A stretch of DNA of 63,433 nt, filler included, from Octopus bimaculoides (GCF_001194135.2; 6 parts of 6 records of this genome joined end to end with filler, not necessarily neighbours in it), one strand, 5' to 3'. Numbered from the whole stretch's first letter, positions 26,301 to 36,309 are shown. Numbers and translations: made by a program. Notes: generated from the sequence alone by a model not told the origin.

Positions 26301-27119
26301 TGCCACCAGTACCAGTGCTTTGTACGTGCCACTAGCACCAATGCTTTTTAAATGGCACTAACACCACTGCTTTGCATGTGACACCAGCAACAGTGCCCTC
26401 CATGGGAAAGCATTGCCAAGGTGGTTTTAGGATATCAATTCTGTTCTGTTGCGGTGGGCAGATAGTCTTGAGTATAGCAATGCAATCACACACACAATAC
26501 ATATCAATTGAGGAGTGGGATGTTTCTGGCTAGTGTAAGTGGTTACACTAGTTTTAAAGGGTTGACACAGTCTTATTTCATATGTTTGTCAGTACTTATT
26601 GCCCTTGTGCATTTGTCACATGTGAAATCTACCATCTCTGTTAGCCAGCCTCTCTGGTGCATTTATAGCTTACTGAGTTTGCTGGAAAATGGTAAATTTA
26701 ATGGAAGAAATGGCAGTGTAACTTACCCGTGGTGAGCTCTTCAAGAAGTTCAAGAAGTTTGTCTTGAGTCTCATCAATCAATTTTGTTCTTTGTACAACT
26801 AACTTACGAAGACATAAGTAACCATTGAGCACATAACCCACCAACTTGTTCTTATATTGATGTTTGATGTTTTCTTGTTCCACAAATAATGAAAGCAATT
26901 CTGGAAGAGACAATTCAAAGTGATCGGATTGATTTTATGGCGGAAAAATATATACAATGTAAATTTTTGAAAGCAATAAGCTATTTAAAAGGAGATAATT
27001 TAGAAAGCAGTGAAGGGAAATGAAAGTAAAATATTACCAGTTAATGATTTCAGTGCAAATCCTTGTGAGAGATCTGAACTCAGACTAGTTTCTTCAAGGT
27101 ATTCTAAATGCTCTATTTC
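2555..27119 (-). CDS. UBR4: E3 ubiquitin-protein ligase UBR4 (p600), C-terminal portion; 18 exons; 5' part and last exons lie outside this piece
   Basis: Manual exon walk with AG/GT sites and consistent phases. Translations match the UBR4 C-terminus as I recall it (e.g. [98 protein letters not shown]). Confidence 0.97.
2793..2926 (-). CDS. UBR4: UBR4 exon ([45 protein letters not shown]), 134 nt, phase 0/2
   Basis: gtgaacag|GTC...GTC AG|gtttgt; ORF 2717-2983. Confidence 0.97.
3542..3664 (-). CDS. UBR4: UBR4 exon ([41 protein letters not shown]), 123 nt, phase 0/0
   Basis: tttttcag|ACA...CAG AAG|gttagt; ORF 3506-3874. Confidence 0.97.
4866..4955 (-). CDS. UBR4: UBR4 exon ([30 protein letters not shown]), 90 nt, phase 0/0
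   Basis: tttctcttcag|ATA...ATG ACG|gtgagt. Confidence 0.95.
6465..6593 (-). CDS. UBR4: UBR4 exon ([43 protein letters not shown]), 129 nt, phase 0/0
   Basis: ctctggcag|TTA...GCT AAA|gtacgt; ORF 6384-6704. Confidence 0.96.
8098..8197 (-). CDS. UBR4: UBR4 exon ([33 protein letters not shown]), 100 nt, phase 2/0
   Basis: cttacctttag|C ACT...ACT CAG|gtagtt; ORF 8038-8235. Confidence 0.95.
8546..8905 (-). mobile_element. Same tRNA-derived SINE family
   Basis: Reverse complement of the 12194-12585 element. Confidence 0.88.
11098..11204 (-). CDS. UBR4: UBR4 exon ([36 protein letters not shown]), 107 nt, phase 0/2
   Basis: ttcactttctag|AGT...ATT GG|gtaagt. Confidence 0.93.
12194..12585 (+). mobile_element. 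Octopod tRNA-derived SINE, near full length
   Basis: Head ggcgcaggagtggctgtgtgg...gggttcagtccc (A/B-box like), internal (TA)n(TG)n, tail ccagcatggccgcagtcaaatgactgaaacaagtaaaaga. Confidence 0.9.
12754..12826 (-). CDS. UBR4: UBR4 exon ([25 protein letters not shown]), 73 nt, phase 2/0
   Basis: ctgtttccag|A TTT...ATC AAG|gtaagt. Confidence 0.94.
14382..14609. mobile_element. piggyBac-like MITE
   Basis: TTAA-CCCTTTCGTTAC ... GTAACAAAAGGG-TTAA. Confidence 0.85.
14819..15009 (-). CDS. UBR4: UBR4 exon ([63 protein letters not shown]), 191 nt, phase 0/2
   Basis: tttttgtcag|AAA...AAC AA|gtaagt; ORF 14815-15051. Confidence 0.96.
15675..15895 (-). mobile_element. Second SINE family; other copies at about 6900-7270, 7335-7525, 10380-10530, 10800-10930, 20475-20680, 22890-23030, 28850-28985 and 62480-62610
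   Basis: Shared core gtcgactttgcctttcatcctttcggggtcg.taaattaagtaccagtt (possibly a Meta-type SINE domain; family name not verified). Confidence 0.8.
15943..16068 (-). CDS. UBR4: UBR4 exon ([42 protein letters not shown]), 126 nt, phase 0/0
   Basis: gtgtgttgtag|GCA...TAT AAG|gtaatt. Confidence 0.92.
16140..16850. mobile_element. tRNA-SINE (minus) fused head-on to an RTE-tail repeat (plus)
   Basis: SINE at about 16140-16495 is followed directly by gatgacagaggaccaagat...gagaagatcc...catgccagcatggaaaacagatg. Confidence 0.8.
17588..17658 (-). CDS. UBR4: UBR4 exon, visible 5' part ((R)[23 protein letters not shown]); remainder in N gap
   Basis: ttttacag|G CTA GCA; completes the AG|G Arg codon from the previous exon. 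Confidence 0.9.
17808..17951. mobile_element. piggyBac-like MITE (different internal sequence)
   Basis: TTAA-CCCTTTGAGCC ... GGGTTCAAAGGG-TTAA. Confidence 0.75.
18574..18832 (-). CDS. UBR4: UBR4 exon mostly hidden in an N gap; visible 3' end CGGLEVMLQ(R), phase 2 out
   Basis: ...TGT GGA GGT CTG GAA GTT ATG CTT CAA AG|gtttgt. A polypyrimidine tract ending tttta abuts the other edge of the gap. The 5' boundary is inferred. Confidence 0.75.
20195..20278 (-). CDS. UBR4: UBR4 exon ([28 protein letters not shown]), 84 nt, phase 0/0
   Basis: gtgtttatag|TTA TTG...GGC GAT|gtaaga. Confidence 0.95.
21362..21405 (-). CDS. UBR4: UBR4 exon ([15 protein letters not shown]), 44 nt, phase 1/0
   Basis: tttttgttttag|AT TGT...ATG GAG|gtaaga. 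Confidence 0.94.
22185..22338 (-). CDS. UBR4: UBR4 exon ([51 protein letters not shown]), 154 nt, phase 0/1
   Basis: gttcttgtag|GAA GAA...CAA G|gtattt. Confidence 0.97.
22440..22810 (-). mobile_element. RTE-tail-sharing repeat (octopod OK-like); other copies at about 1230-1560, 3245-3385, 9370-9470, 13205-13595, 19370-19555, 23520-23740, 26110-26480, 29430-29685, 31150-31450 and 48844-49165
   Basis: (cat)n cgtttaacgtc.g.tttccatgctggcatgggttgg...ctggatgcccttcctaacgccaaccactc.gagagtgtagtgggtgcttttacgtgcc. Confidence 0.88.
23785..23906 (-). CDS. UBR4: UBR4 exon ([41 protein letters not shown]), 122 nt, phase 1/0
   Basis: cctttctccag|GT ACC...TAT CCA|gtaata. Confidence 0.96.
24145..24517 (-). 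mobile_element. tRNA-derived SINE
   Basis: Reverse copy of the 12194 family. Confidence 0.9.
24860..25087. mobile_element. piggyBac-like MITE; related copies at about 5050-5241 and 9960-10180
   Basis: TTAA-TCCTTTAG ... GCTAAAGGG-TTAA. All three copies share the internal ctcacaccta.cctacaa.gtca and aataaataagcattaca segments. Confidence 0.75.
26727..26900 (-). CDS. UBR4: UBR4 exon ([58 protein letters not shown]), 174 nt, phase 1/1
   Basis: ttgtctcttccag|AA TTG...ACG G|gtaagt; inside ORF 26698-26913. Confidence 0.96.
27038..27119 (-). CDS. UBR4: UBR4 exon ([27 protein letters not shown]), 82 nt, phase 0/1
   Basis: ttcttcacag|GAA...ACT G|gtaata. Confidence 0.93.
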
Positions 27120-27216
27120 CTGTGAAGAAATAAACTTTGATATTAGAATACAAAAGAGATAAAAAAATTGTATGCTTCAGCATTTATAAATGTGGTTTAA
27201 GATTAGTAGAGGCATA

Positions 27217-27806
27217 CTCTTTTATTCTTTTACTTGTTTCAGTCATTTGACTGCAGCCATGCTGGAGCACCGCCTTTATAGTCGAGCAAATTGACCCCAG
27301 AGCTTATTCTTTGTAAGCCTAGTACTTATTCAATCAGTCTCTTTTGCCAAACTGCTAAGTTACGGGGATGTAAACACACCAGCATCGGTTGTCAAGTAAT
27401 GNNNNNNNNNNNNNNNNNNNNNNNNNNNNNNNNNNNNNNNNNNNNNNNNNNNNNNNNNNNNNNNNNNNNNNNNNNATATATATACATACAATGGGCTTCT
27501 TCTAGTTTCCGTCTACCAAATCCACTCACAAGGCTTTGGTCGGCCCGAGGCTATAGTAGAAGACACTTGCCCAAGGTGCCACACAGTGGGACTGAACCCG
27601 GGACCATGTGGTTGGTAAGCAAGCTACTTACCACACAGCCACACCTGTGCCTACATAGCAGTGTGGTTAAGAAGTTTGCTTCTCAACCATGTGGCTTCAG
27701 GTTCAGCCTTACTGTGCAGCACCTTCAGCAAGTGCCTTCTACTATAGCCAGGTACCAATCAATGCCTTGTGAAGGAATGTGCTAGACAGAAACTGAAGGA
27801 AGCTTG

Positions 27807-27810
<4 letters not shown>
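27217..27810. mobile_element. tRNA-SINE (minus, 27217-27652) plus diverged SINE head (plus, about 27658-27810)
   Basis: Head-to-head copies of the same family. Confidence 0.85.
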
Positions 27811-27850
<40 letters not shown>

Positions 27851-29763
27851 AGGAAACTACATTGAGTTAGTGGTGTGGACAGTAATGTCATAGTTCACTG
27901 CACACACTTAAATGGTGACATCATTTGCAGTTAGACTGCGACTGAAGTTTGTTGACCTTTCTTGTCAACAAATGGTCCATTATCTCTGTGCTTTTACATT
28001 CCGCTAGAACAAAAACCTTTTTCTTGTAAAACAGGCAACAGGAAGTATGTCCAGTTGTAAAAATCCTGCCTCAGAATTTTCTTCTAAATTATGCCAGTAC
28101 AGGAAACAGATGTTAAGGAAAAAAACTAATACACTGATATTTTAAAGTCTGCATCAAAGTACAAATCTACCTTTTAATTATTGAAAAGGATTTACAATTC
28201 TATTCCCTTTTGGTGTGAATTTAAACCCCTGTTAATAATAATACAATCCAACACCAAACTTTTCTTTATAAGTTCTTTAGAAAGACAATGAAAGTTCTTA
28301 CATAAATAAGGTGCTAAGAAATACTGCTTATTTTCATATAAATATACTCTAGAAAATTTGTTGTCTGAAGTCAAATGTAATAAACAATAGTGATTTAATG
28401 TATCTGAGACATAAAATGTGAGATGCATATATTTAATGTTAACTGAGACACTTATAAAAGAAGCATAAATGGCAGAAGTTATTCCCAGGCATCCAGAAAC
28501 AGCACATGAACCACCTGCCAAGATTACAGGCTGAGTTCTTGTGTGTGTTCCCCAAAGCATGTAACAACACTAATGCTGTTAACACTAATGATTTTAGCCA
28601 AATTAGGAGAGGCAACTATTTCAAAAACTATAATCCATGACATGAACAATTTATATAGTTGTAGAAAATATCAGTTTATTATATTGCTAACTTAGATAAA
28701 TGAACTTTGTCTCATAATTGAAAAGAATTGGAGAAAAAGTTTTAATAGCAGATCCTATGCTTTCACACTAATAAAATTTAAATGTTATTTTTATTTATGT
28801 ATTTATTTATTTATTTATTTATTAATTATTATTATTATTATTATTATCATTATTCGCTGTCAAGGTTGACTGCCTTTCATCCTTTTGGGGTCAATAAAGT
28901 GAGTACCAGTCAAGTACTGGGGACAATGTAATTCACTTACCCCTCCCCTGAAATTTGCTTGACTTGTGCCAAAAATTAGAATTATTATTATTATTTAAAT
29001 AGTATTTATCAGAACTGAAAAAAAATGGGGAAAAATTTGATGCTCATACTGATAAAATTTATGAATATTTACGACCTATAGGGGTACTGTATTTCATTAT
29101 GCAACCACAATTTACAACAAAGTATATGAAACGTTTTTATAAGTCAATACTGTGTTCTACTGTGTTAGCAGTGCTATAACATTTCTTTGTAAAGGTTATC
29201 TCTACAGATTTGCTATAGAAACTATAACCAGCACTGATTTTTGTTGCGACATTTCATATCCAAGATGCCTGATGTAAACAACAAGATCAAAGATGAAAAA
29301 TGGCTAATGGGAGTTTAATATGTAAAACTGGCATATCCAATAACATTAAAAAACTGATTAATGAGTTGGATGGGTGCTGATGAAGGCACAAAACTCCCAA
29401 AATATGGCATATATGCCCATTACACATTTTTCATCTTCGGACTTTCGAGCGAGATCGTTGCCAGTGCCCCTGGACTGGCTCTTGTGCGGGTGGCACATAA
29501 AATACACCATTTGAGCGTAGCCGTTGCCAGTACCGCCTGACTGGCCTTTGTGCCGGTGGCACGTAAAAGCACCCTACACTCTCTGAGTGGTTGGCGTTAG
29601 GAAGGGCATCCAGCTGTAGAAACTCTGCCAAATCGTCCAACCCATGCTAGTATGGAAAGCGGACGTTAAACGATGATGATGATGATCTTGTTACATCAAG
29701 CGTCTCAGTGCTTGATAGAAAATCTGTAGCAATAACCTTAATAAGTGAAATAAATATCTATAT

Positions 29764-29863
29764 NNNNNNNNNNNNNNNNNNNNNNNNNNNNNNNNNNNNN
29801 NNNNNNNTTAATTAATTAANNNNNNNNNNNNNNNNNNNNNNNNNNNNNNNNNNNNNNNNNNNN
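29764..29863. other. Artificial scaffold-join spacer (44N-TTAATTAATTAA-44N)
   Basis: 100 bp with a central 12-mer that gives stops in all six frames. Confidence 0.95.
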
Positions 29864-29900
<37 letters not shown>

Positions 29901-29902
<2 letters not shown>

Positions 29903-30815
29903 AGGGTTGGACAAAATAATGGAAACACCTAGCATCATAATTTTGAAATATCTATAAAACTGTCAAAACCTTGTTTATTTTTGTTTTTTTTAAATTTATT
30001 ATTAGTGTTGCTTAATATGTTTTGCTAAAATTGTTGTTTCTTTTCAGATATCATCAGGAAAAGGTAATTAAAATTCATTAAAACGACAGATCTATCAGAC
30101 TTACAAAGAGGTCAAATTGTTGGTGTTCGTATGGCAGGTGCTAGCGTAATGAAAACAGCTGAAATGTTTGTTGTATCAAGAAGTATTATCTCAAAAGTAA
30201 TGACAGCTTTTGAGAAAGAGGGAAACACTTTCAGATAGGGCCTGTCAGACTCATATGCAAATTGTTAAAAAGGATCACAAAAGTACAGCTCCCCAAATTA
30301 CTGCAGAGCTTAATGACTACCTCGAGAACCTAGTTTCCACAAAAACTGTTCGCCGGGAATTGCACAAAGCTGGATTTCACAGGAGGGCTGCAATCAGAAA
30401 ACAACTACTTGCAAAAACAAACATTGCATAGCATTTAGTGTGGACTAAAAACCTACAGAATTGGTCCCTAGAATAGTGGAAGAATGTTATTTTCTTGAAT
30501 GAGTCATCCTTTACCTTATTTCTGACCACAGGCCAAGTATACGTGTGGAGACACCCAAAAGAAGCATTTGACCCAAACTGCCTTCTTCCAACTGTTAAAC
30601 ATGGAGGAGGATCTGTGATGATTTGAGGGGCTATATCTTGGAAATCTGCAAGCCCAATGGAAGAATTAATAGTCAAGACTATTTAAGCATTTTATCTGAT
30701 CAAATTCATCCTATGGTTGCAGAACTGTTTCCGGAGGGAAACACAATCTTTCAGGATGATAATGCACCAATTCACACAACTAAAGTTGTTACTAAATAGC
30801 ACGAGGAACATTCTA
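29901..30815 (+). mobile_element. Tc1/mariner DNA transposon, decayed transposase; 3' end lost in N gap
   Basis: Starts TA|CAAGGGTTGGACAAAATAATGGAAACACCT (Tc1-type TIR). Interrupted translation reads LSDLQRGQIVGVRMAGAS...STAPQITAEL...VSTKTVRRELHKAG...WKNVIF.NES...PTVKHGGGSVM...FQDDNAPIH, with stops and frameshifts. Confidence 0.93.
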
Positions 30816-31096
30816 NNNNNNNNNNNNNNNNNNNNNNNNNNNNNNNNNNNNNNNNNNNNNNNNNNNNNNNNNNNNNNNNNNNNNNNNNNNNNNNNNNNNN
30901 NNNNNNNNNNNNNNNNNNNNNNNNNNNNNNNNNNNNNNNNNNNNNNNNNNNNNNNNNNNNNNNNNNNNNNNNNNNNNNNNNNNNNNNNNNNNNNNNNNNN
31001 NNNNNNNNNNNNNNNNNNNNNNNNNNNNNNNNNNNNNNNNNNNNNNNNNNNNNNNNNNNNNNNNNNNNNNNNNNNNNNNNNNNNGATACACACACA

Positions 31097-31133
<37 letters not shown>

Positions 31134-31854
31134 TTATACAAGTGAGTGGACAAACAAGAAGCACTTGCCCAAGGAACTGGTTTCCATGCCGGTGGCACGT
31201 AAAATGCACCATCCGAACATGGTCAATGCCAGTGCCACCTGACTGGCCCCTGTGCCGGTGGCATGTAGAAAGCACCCACTACACTCTCAGAGTGGTTGGT
31301 GTTAGGAAGGGCATCCAGCTGTAGAAACCTTGCCAGATCAGATTGGAGCCTGGTGCAGCCTCCTGGCTTGCCAGTCCCCAGTCAAACTGTCCAACCCATG
31401 CTCGCATGGAAAGCGGATGCTAAACAATGATGATGATGATGAGGATGATGATAGCTGTTACCACCAGTCTACAGCCATTTCTTCTTCAAACTACGTGCAG
31501 TCTTCTCTTCATGGCAACAACGGTAGCTTCAGCATTTGCCATCATTTCACTTACTATATTAGTTGTGCTTTATTAACATTATGTCATCTGCTTTCCAACC
31601 GATTTCCTCTTTTTTTGAGATTCTAACTCAGGATTTCATTTTTCTTCATCTGATTGGATTATAAACACCATTTTTTACCGGTTTGAAAACAATGCGAAGA
31701 GAACCTTGTGGAATTACGATACAGCTTAGCGGGGAGCACACTGTCGTCATTGTGTCTGTGTGTTTGCTACATGTGAACTGTTTCGTTACAAGCTCCATAC
31801 TTCACTATTTTTTTCCCCCTTAATCAGGTACGACTCAGTTTTTCTCGCCGAAGA

Positions 31855-32585
31855 GAATCACATCACTCTGCCCCACTATCATGGCTGTCCTAAGATGTGG
31901 CTTGCCCAGCTGGAATCATACTTCGTATCCAATAACACTCAGTTGGCTCAGCAGCAACTGCACATCATGCTGAGTGGAATTCCTTCGCCATTAGTGCTCA
32001 TCATCAGAGACCTGATCACAGACATACCACCCAACGCCTCCTACGACAGCATAAAGGCAGAAGTCCTCCAAGAGCCACTTTCACACACTCTTAGAGGACA
32101 AATATTTGGGAGACAGAAGAACCCCAACAAAGTTTTTACGCAGAATTCGTGAGTTGGGCCAACGGCTCAACAGAAGAAAATTTGTTCATGAAATAGTTAT
32201 TTTTCTCTTGACTGCCATCCAACGTCCAGTCCATCTTAGTGCCAAATGAAGGAGGTTAACTCACTGGAACAGATAGCTACATCTGTGGACAAGAACCTGG
32301 AGTTCTCCAGGCCTCCCTTCTCTGCTGACAAGGGTGTAGCTATCATTTCATCTAAAAGTAGTTGGGATTCTTCATCAACCAATGTGGCAGACCATGCAGA
32401 AACCTTGACGGCAATTAAGGACTTGGTGCAACAGGTTTTGCAGTTGTGTTGTGTGCACACCGTCTTTTTCCTCCAATTGCATTCCAGGAATTGTTCTTCT
32501 TCTCGCCAGCGCATCATCACTTTGTCCAACATGCAGTGTTAGTACCATGAACAATTTGGGGATAAGGCACATCAGTGTGTGGCTC
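31855..32585 (+). mobile_element. Gypsy-type LTR retrotransposon gag remnant
   Basis: ITLPHYHGCPKMWLAQLESYF...SGIPSPLVLIIRDLI...SYDSIKAEVL, ending in C*YHEQFGDKAHQC (the CWYH..FG..A..C gag zinc motif). Frameshifted, and no pol follows. Confidence 0.8.
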
Positions 32586-33044
32586 AAATCTTACATTAAA
32601 TTAAGGGGTTAAAAAACTTGATAAATTTTAAACAACCAAGACTGCATACAAAGTTTACTGATTGAAACACAATTAGAATGCCAGTGAAGCACAACAAAAA
32701 CAGAGGCTTTTGAGGGTCACTGGGGAAGCTACGCTCACTGGACTCCCTTAGCTATGAATCTCATGCCTTTGGCACCCAAGCTATTTCCTGCAAAAGCTTG
32801 GGGTAGTCTTGTACAGCAAGTATAGCTCAAAACCCACTTTATAAATGGGGGTCGTCTTGTACACCCAGTCAGATTATACACCAGCATATACGGTATATAG
32901 TTTGCAAATTCATTCCAATGCTTGTTGGAAATTAAGGAGTGAAAATAAATAAAAGCAAAATAAAAACAGTTAAGAGGTCCTCATAATATATACAAAATAG
33001 ATGTTGAATTTAGGCAATGGTAAAAATAAAAATGGCACACTGAC

Positions 33045-33133
33045 CTTTTTGGAATAAAAGTCTGAGACAGGAGACATAATTCCACTCACAACTTGATATC
33101 TTCCTGTTTTGTTTAGAGAATCTCGAGCTAGTT
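33045..33133 (-). CDS. NMNAT: Nicotinamide mononucleotide adenylyltransferase internal exon ((E)LARDSLNKTGRYQVVSGIMSPVSDFYSKK), 89 nt, phase 1/0
   Basis: ctctcacttttag|AA CTA GCT...AAA AAG|gtcagt. The peptide matches the NMNAT segment just after the GSFNP..H motif (e.g. [30 protein letters not shown] in human NMNAT1). It is the only NMNAT exon I found in this piece. Confidence 0.88.
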
Positions 33134-33180
33134 CTAAAAGTGAGAGACAAAAGTGGATTAATGTGGTGAATCTGAACATT

Positions 33181-33227
<47 letters not shown>

Positions 33228-34254
33228 GTGCTTGAATTATTATGGTTATTAAATTATTAATTCAAAAGTTTTAAATTCACATCATCCACTGCAACACATA
33301 TTCTGATGCAAGTCACACTTGAGTTTTAAAAAATTACCCACAAGAGATCAGACACAAAGTATTTTCTGAACCTGAATAGGAAATCTGGTCTTAATGATGA
33401 CGTTTTGGCAATGTGTGTGTGGTGGTGGTGGGGTGGGGATTGTAAAGCAGTCACAAGCATTCCCCAGAGATTGTGTGACCCAATATTTGTAGTGACATTG
33501 AGGGGTTTTAGTTGTTTATGATTAGAGAAGGTAGACTATAAAATTATATCATCTCTGTAATATTGAAGGGGTCTAGTTGTTAGAGAAGAATGTTTGCTTA
33601 TGGAGATGTTATCATCCTTCTGGTGTGTTGACTGTGTGTGTGTGAGAGTCATCTAGGTATGTGTATAATTAGAAGTATCAATTAACAGGTCCTTAAAAGT
33701 GTACGGGGCTTGACTGAACCCTGACAAATTTTGAAGAATTCATGTTTAAAATTGCCTTTACATCTCAGTATTTGATAAGCAAAACAAAAAACATAATTCT
33801 AGAAACAAAACTTAGTGATTGTTGTTGTGAATGGAGCATAAGAAATGAGTGCAACAAGTGGTAAGATATGAGACATGTTGTACCTTATGAAAGCATGGAC
33901 AAAGAAAAAAGTAAAACAATGATAAAGAGAAAGACAGAATCTCTCTTCCATCTCTATGAAAAACAGATGTTAAATGATGATTAAATCAGTTTATTTAAAT
34001 GTTACAAACAATTTCATAATTTTTTCACTTGGATATTTCCTGTAAGTGTCCAATCTTTAATAAAATATCGCAGAACACCCAAACAAACATTTACATATTT
34101 TATTCACTGCCTTTTGGCAATCATCACAAATTCCTTTACATTCTAGTTTTTTTCTTTTCCATTTTTAAATTTATTTATATCAAATATTTTTTCATTCATT
34201 TTACGTCTGTTTTCCCCCACAGACATAGGCTAGAATGATATGTTATTGAGGCAT

Positions 34255-35095
34255 TGTTTTGTGGATGTCTGTGTATGAACAGTGATGCTACATGGCAGTG
34301 AAACATGTGCTGTGACCACCATGTGTAGGCTTGCAAGAAATGAAGCTAGTATACTCCGCTGGATGTGTAATGTCAGCGTGCATGTACAACAGAGTGTAAG
34401 CATCTTGAGAGAAAAGTTGGGCATAAGAGGCATCAGATGTGGTGTACAAAAGAAACAACTGCACTGGTATGACAAAGTGGTGAACTCTAACGGTGGAGGG
34501 AACCTGTGGAAGAGGTAGACCCAGGAAGACATGGGACAAGGTGGTGAAGCATGATCTTCAAATGTTGGGCCTCACAGAGGCAATGACAGGTGACCAAGAC
34601 CTTTGGCGATATGCTGTGCTTGAGAAGACCCATCAAGTCAAATGAGATGATAGTCATGGCCAATGCCAGTGTTGTGTAACTGGCACGTAAAAAGCACCCT
34701 CGAACTTTGGGCAATATGCCATGCATGAGAAGACCTGTCCAGTCAAGTGAGACCATAGTCATAGTCTATGCCAGTTTCACATAACTGGCACCCGTGCCAG
34801 GTGATTGAGATCTTTGGTAGTATACTATGCTTGAGAAGACCTGTCAAGCCAAGTGAGATCTCACTGTCATGGCTGATGTCGGTGCTGTGTGACTGGCAAC
34901 TGTGCTGGTGGCACACACAAAAAAGCACCCACTACACTCTTGAAGTGATTGATGTTAGGAAGGACATCCAGCTGCAGAGACCATGCCAAATCAAATTGGA
35001 ACCTGGTGCAACTCTCCAGCTTACCAGTTTTCAGTCAAACCATCCAACCCATGCCAGCATGGAAAACAGATGTTAAATGAAGATGATGATGATGT
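34255..35095 (+). mobile_element. RTE LINE 3' fragment plus 3' UTR with tandemly re-iterated tail segments
   Basis: MLHGSETCAV...ARNEASILRWMCNVSVH...REKLGIRGIRCGVQ (ORF 34282-34518), followed by the catgccagcatggaaaacagatg...(gat)n tail. Confidence 0.88.
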
Positions 35096-35159
35096 CCTTC
35101 CTGATGTTAGCCCCTATCTGTTTGCAAATAAAGGATCTCTCCATTATTTACATTGGACA

Positions 35160-35280
35160 GATATGTGTCCTCATATTGTCTGTTGTTACCTCAGCGTTTC
35201 GGCTGATTTACTCTCCAGCCTTCATCAGGTGTCCTGGCAGAATTTTGAACCCAACCTTAGGTTCTCATTCCTAAGGTATT
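35160..35280 (-). repeat. Penelope/retrozyme-type terminal repeat fragment with a decayed minimal hammerhead motif
   Basis: Minus strand: GGACAC-CTGATGA-A-GGCTG(gagagtaaat)CAGCC-GAAA-CGCT. Confidence 0.6.
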
Positions 35281-35624
35281 TTTTTGCTGATGTTATTATT
35301 ATTATGATTATTATCATCATCATCATTATTATTATTATTATTATTATTATTTATTCAAGGCACTGCCTGGAATTGAACTCGCAATCTTGGGGTTAGTAGC
35401 CTACGCTTTTAACCATTACACCATATGCCCGGGCGTACCATGAAACGGCAAAAACTCAGGCTGCCAGTGTGAAAAAATATTAATGATAATGAGAGGGAGA
35501 AGGGAAAAAGAGGGAGAGTTGGATTGAACGAAGAGATCTTAGGTTTTTTTTTTAAATATATGGCATGGAAGACGAAACTGTGTTTACATCGATAATGAAA
35601 TGAAATAATAAAGTAACTGGAAAA

Positions 35625-36023
35625 GCACTCGGAGAGCGCAGACCTCCGCCAAGCAGCTCGTTTTAAGATAGATATGTCAGTAAAATTACTAATAGAGAAA
35701 CAAAAATAAACTTTAAATACAGCAACACCAACATAGGTTACGTTGAAACGATGAACGTGTTTTCAAGGGAGATAATCAAAGAGCGTAACATTGTAATACT
35801 TCATGTAAAGTAAATATAACAAATGAAAAACCCTTCAAGAATCCATAAAAATTCCCAGATCACTACCAAAATTTCATCATCTGTTCCTGGTGTCATTACC
35901 AACTTTTCCTGCAAGTTTCATCAAATACTGTCCACAACGTTTTGAGTTATTTTGCACACAGGCGGACAGACAGACAAACCAACACTGATGAAAACATAAT
36001 CTCCTTCTTTGGTGGAGGTAATA
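35625..36023 (-). mobile_element. Same Helentron/DINE-like family, reverse copy
   Basis: gcactcggagagcgcagacctccgccaag at the left end and ttggtggaggtaata at the right end, with an internal gacagacaga tract. Confidence 0.55.
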
Positions 36024-36072
36024 ATAATTTGCACTGAAAAGGAGGTTTTAGATGTGTACTGGGTTGGAAAAC

Positions 36073-36172
36073 NNNNNNNNNNNNNNNNNNNNNNNNNNNN
36101 NNNNNNNNNNNNNNNNTTAATTAATTAANNNNNNNNNNNNNNNNNNNNNNNNNNNNNNNNNNNNNNNNNNNN
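36073..36172. other. Artificial scaffold-join spacer
   Basis: 44N-TTAATTAATTAA-44N. Confidence 0.95.
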
Positions 36173-36309
36173 AAAAATGATAATTAAACAAACTGCTACA
36201 GTTATTAGCTGAAGGTTACATCTTGACAAACTTAACACAAACTTAAATCATATAAACAAAACTATTTATAACAACAGCAACTCATTCTTTACTAACGGTG
36301 TAAATAATA

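Noticed and set aside
28192-28560. 122-aa minus-strand ORF as a possible upstream UBR4 or NMNAT exon
   Set aside because: Matches neither protein and has no convincing splice sites.
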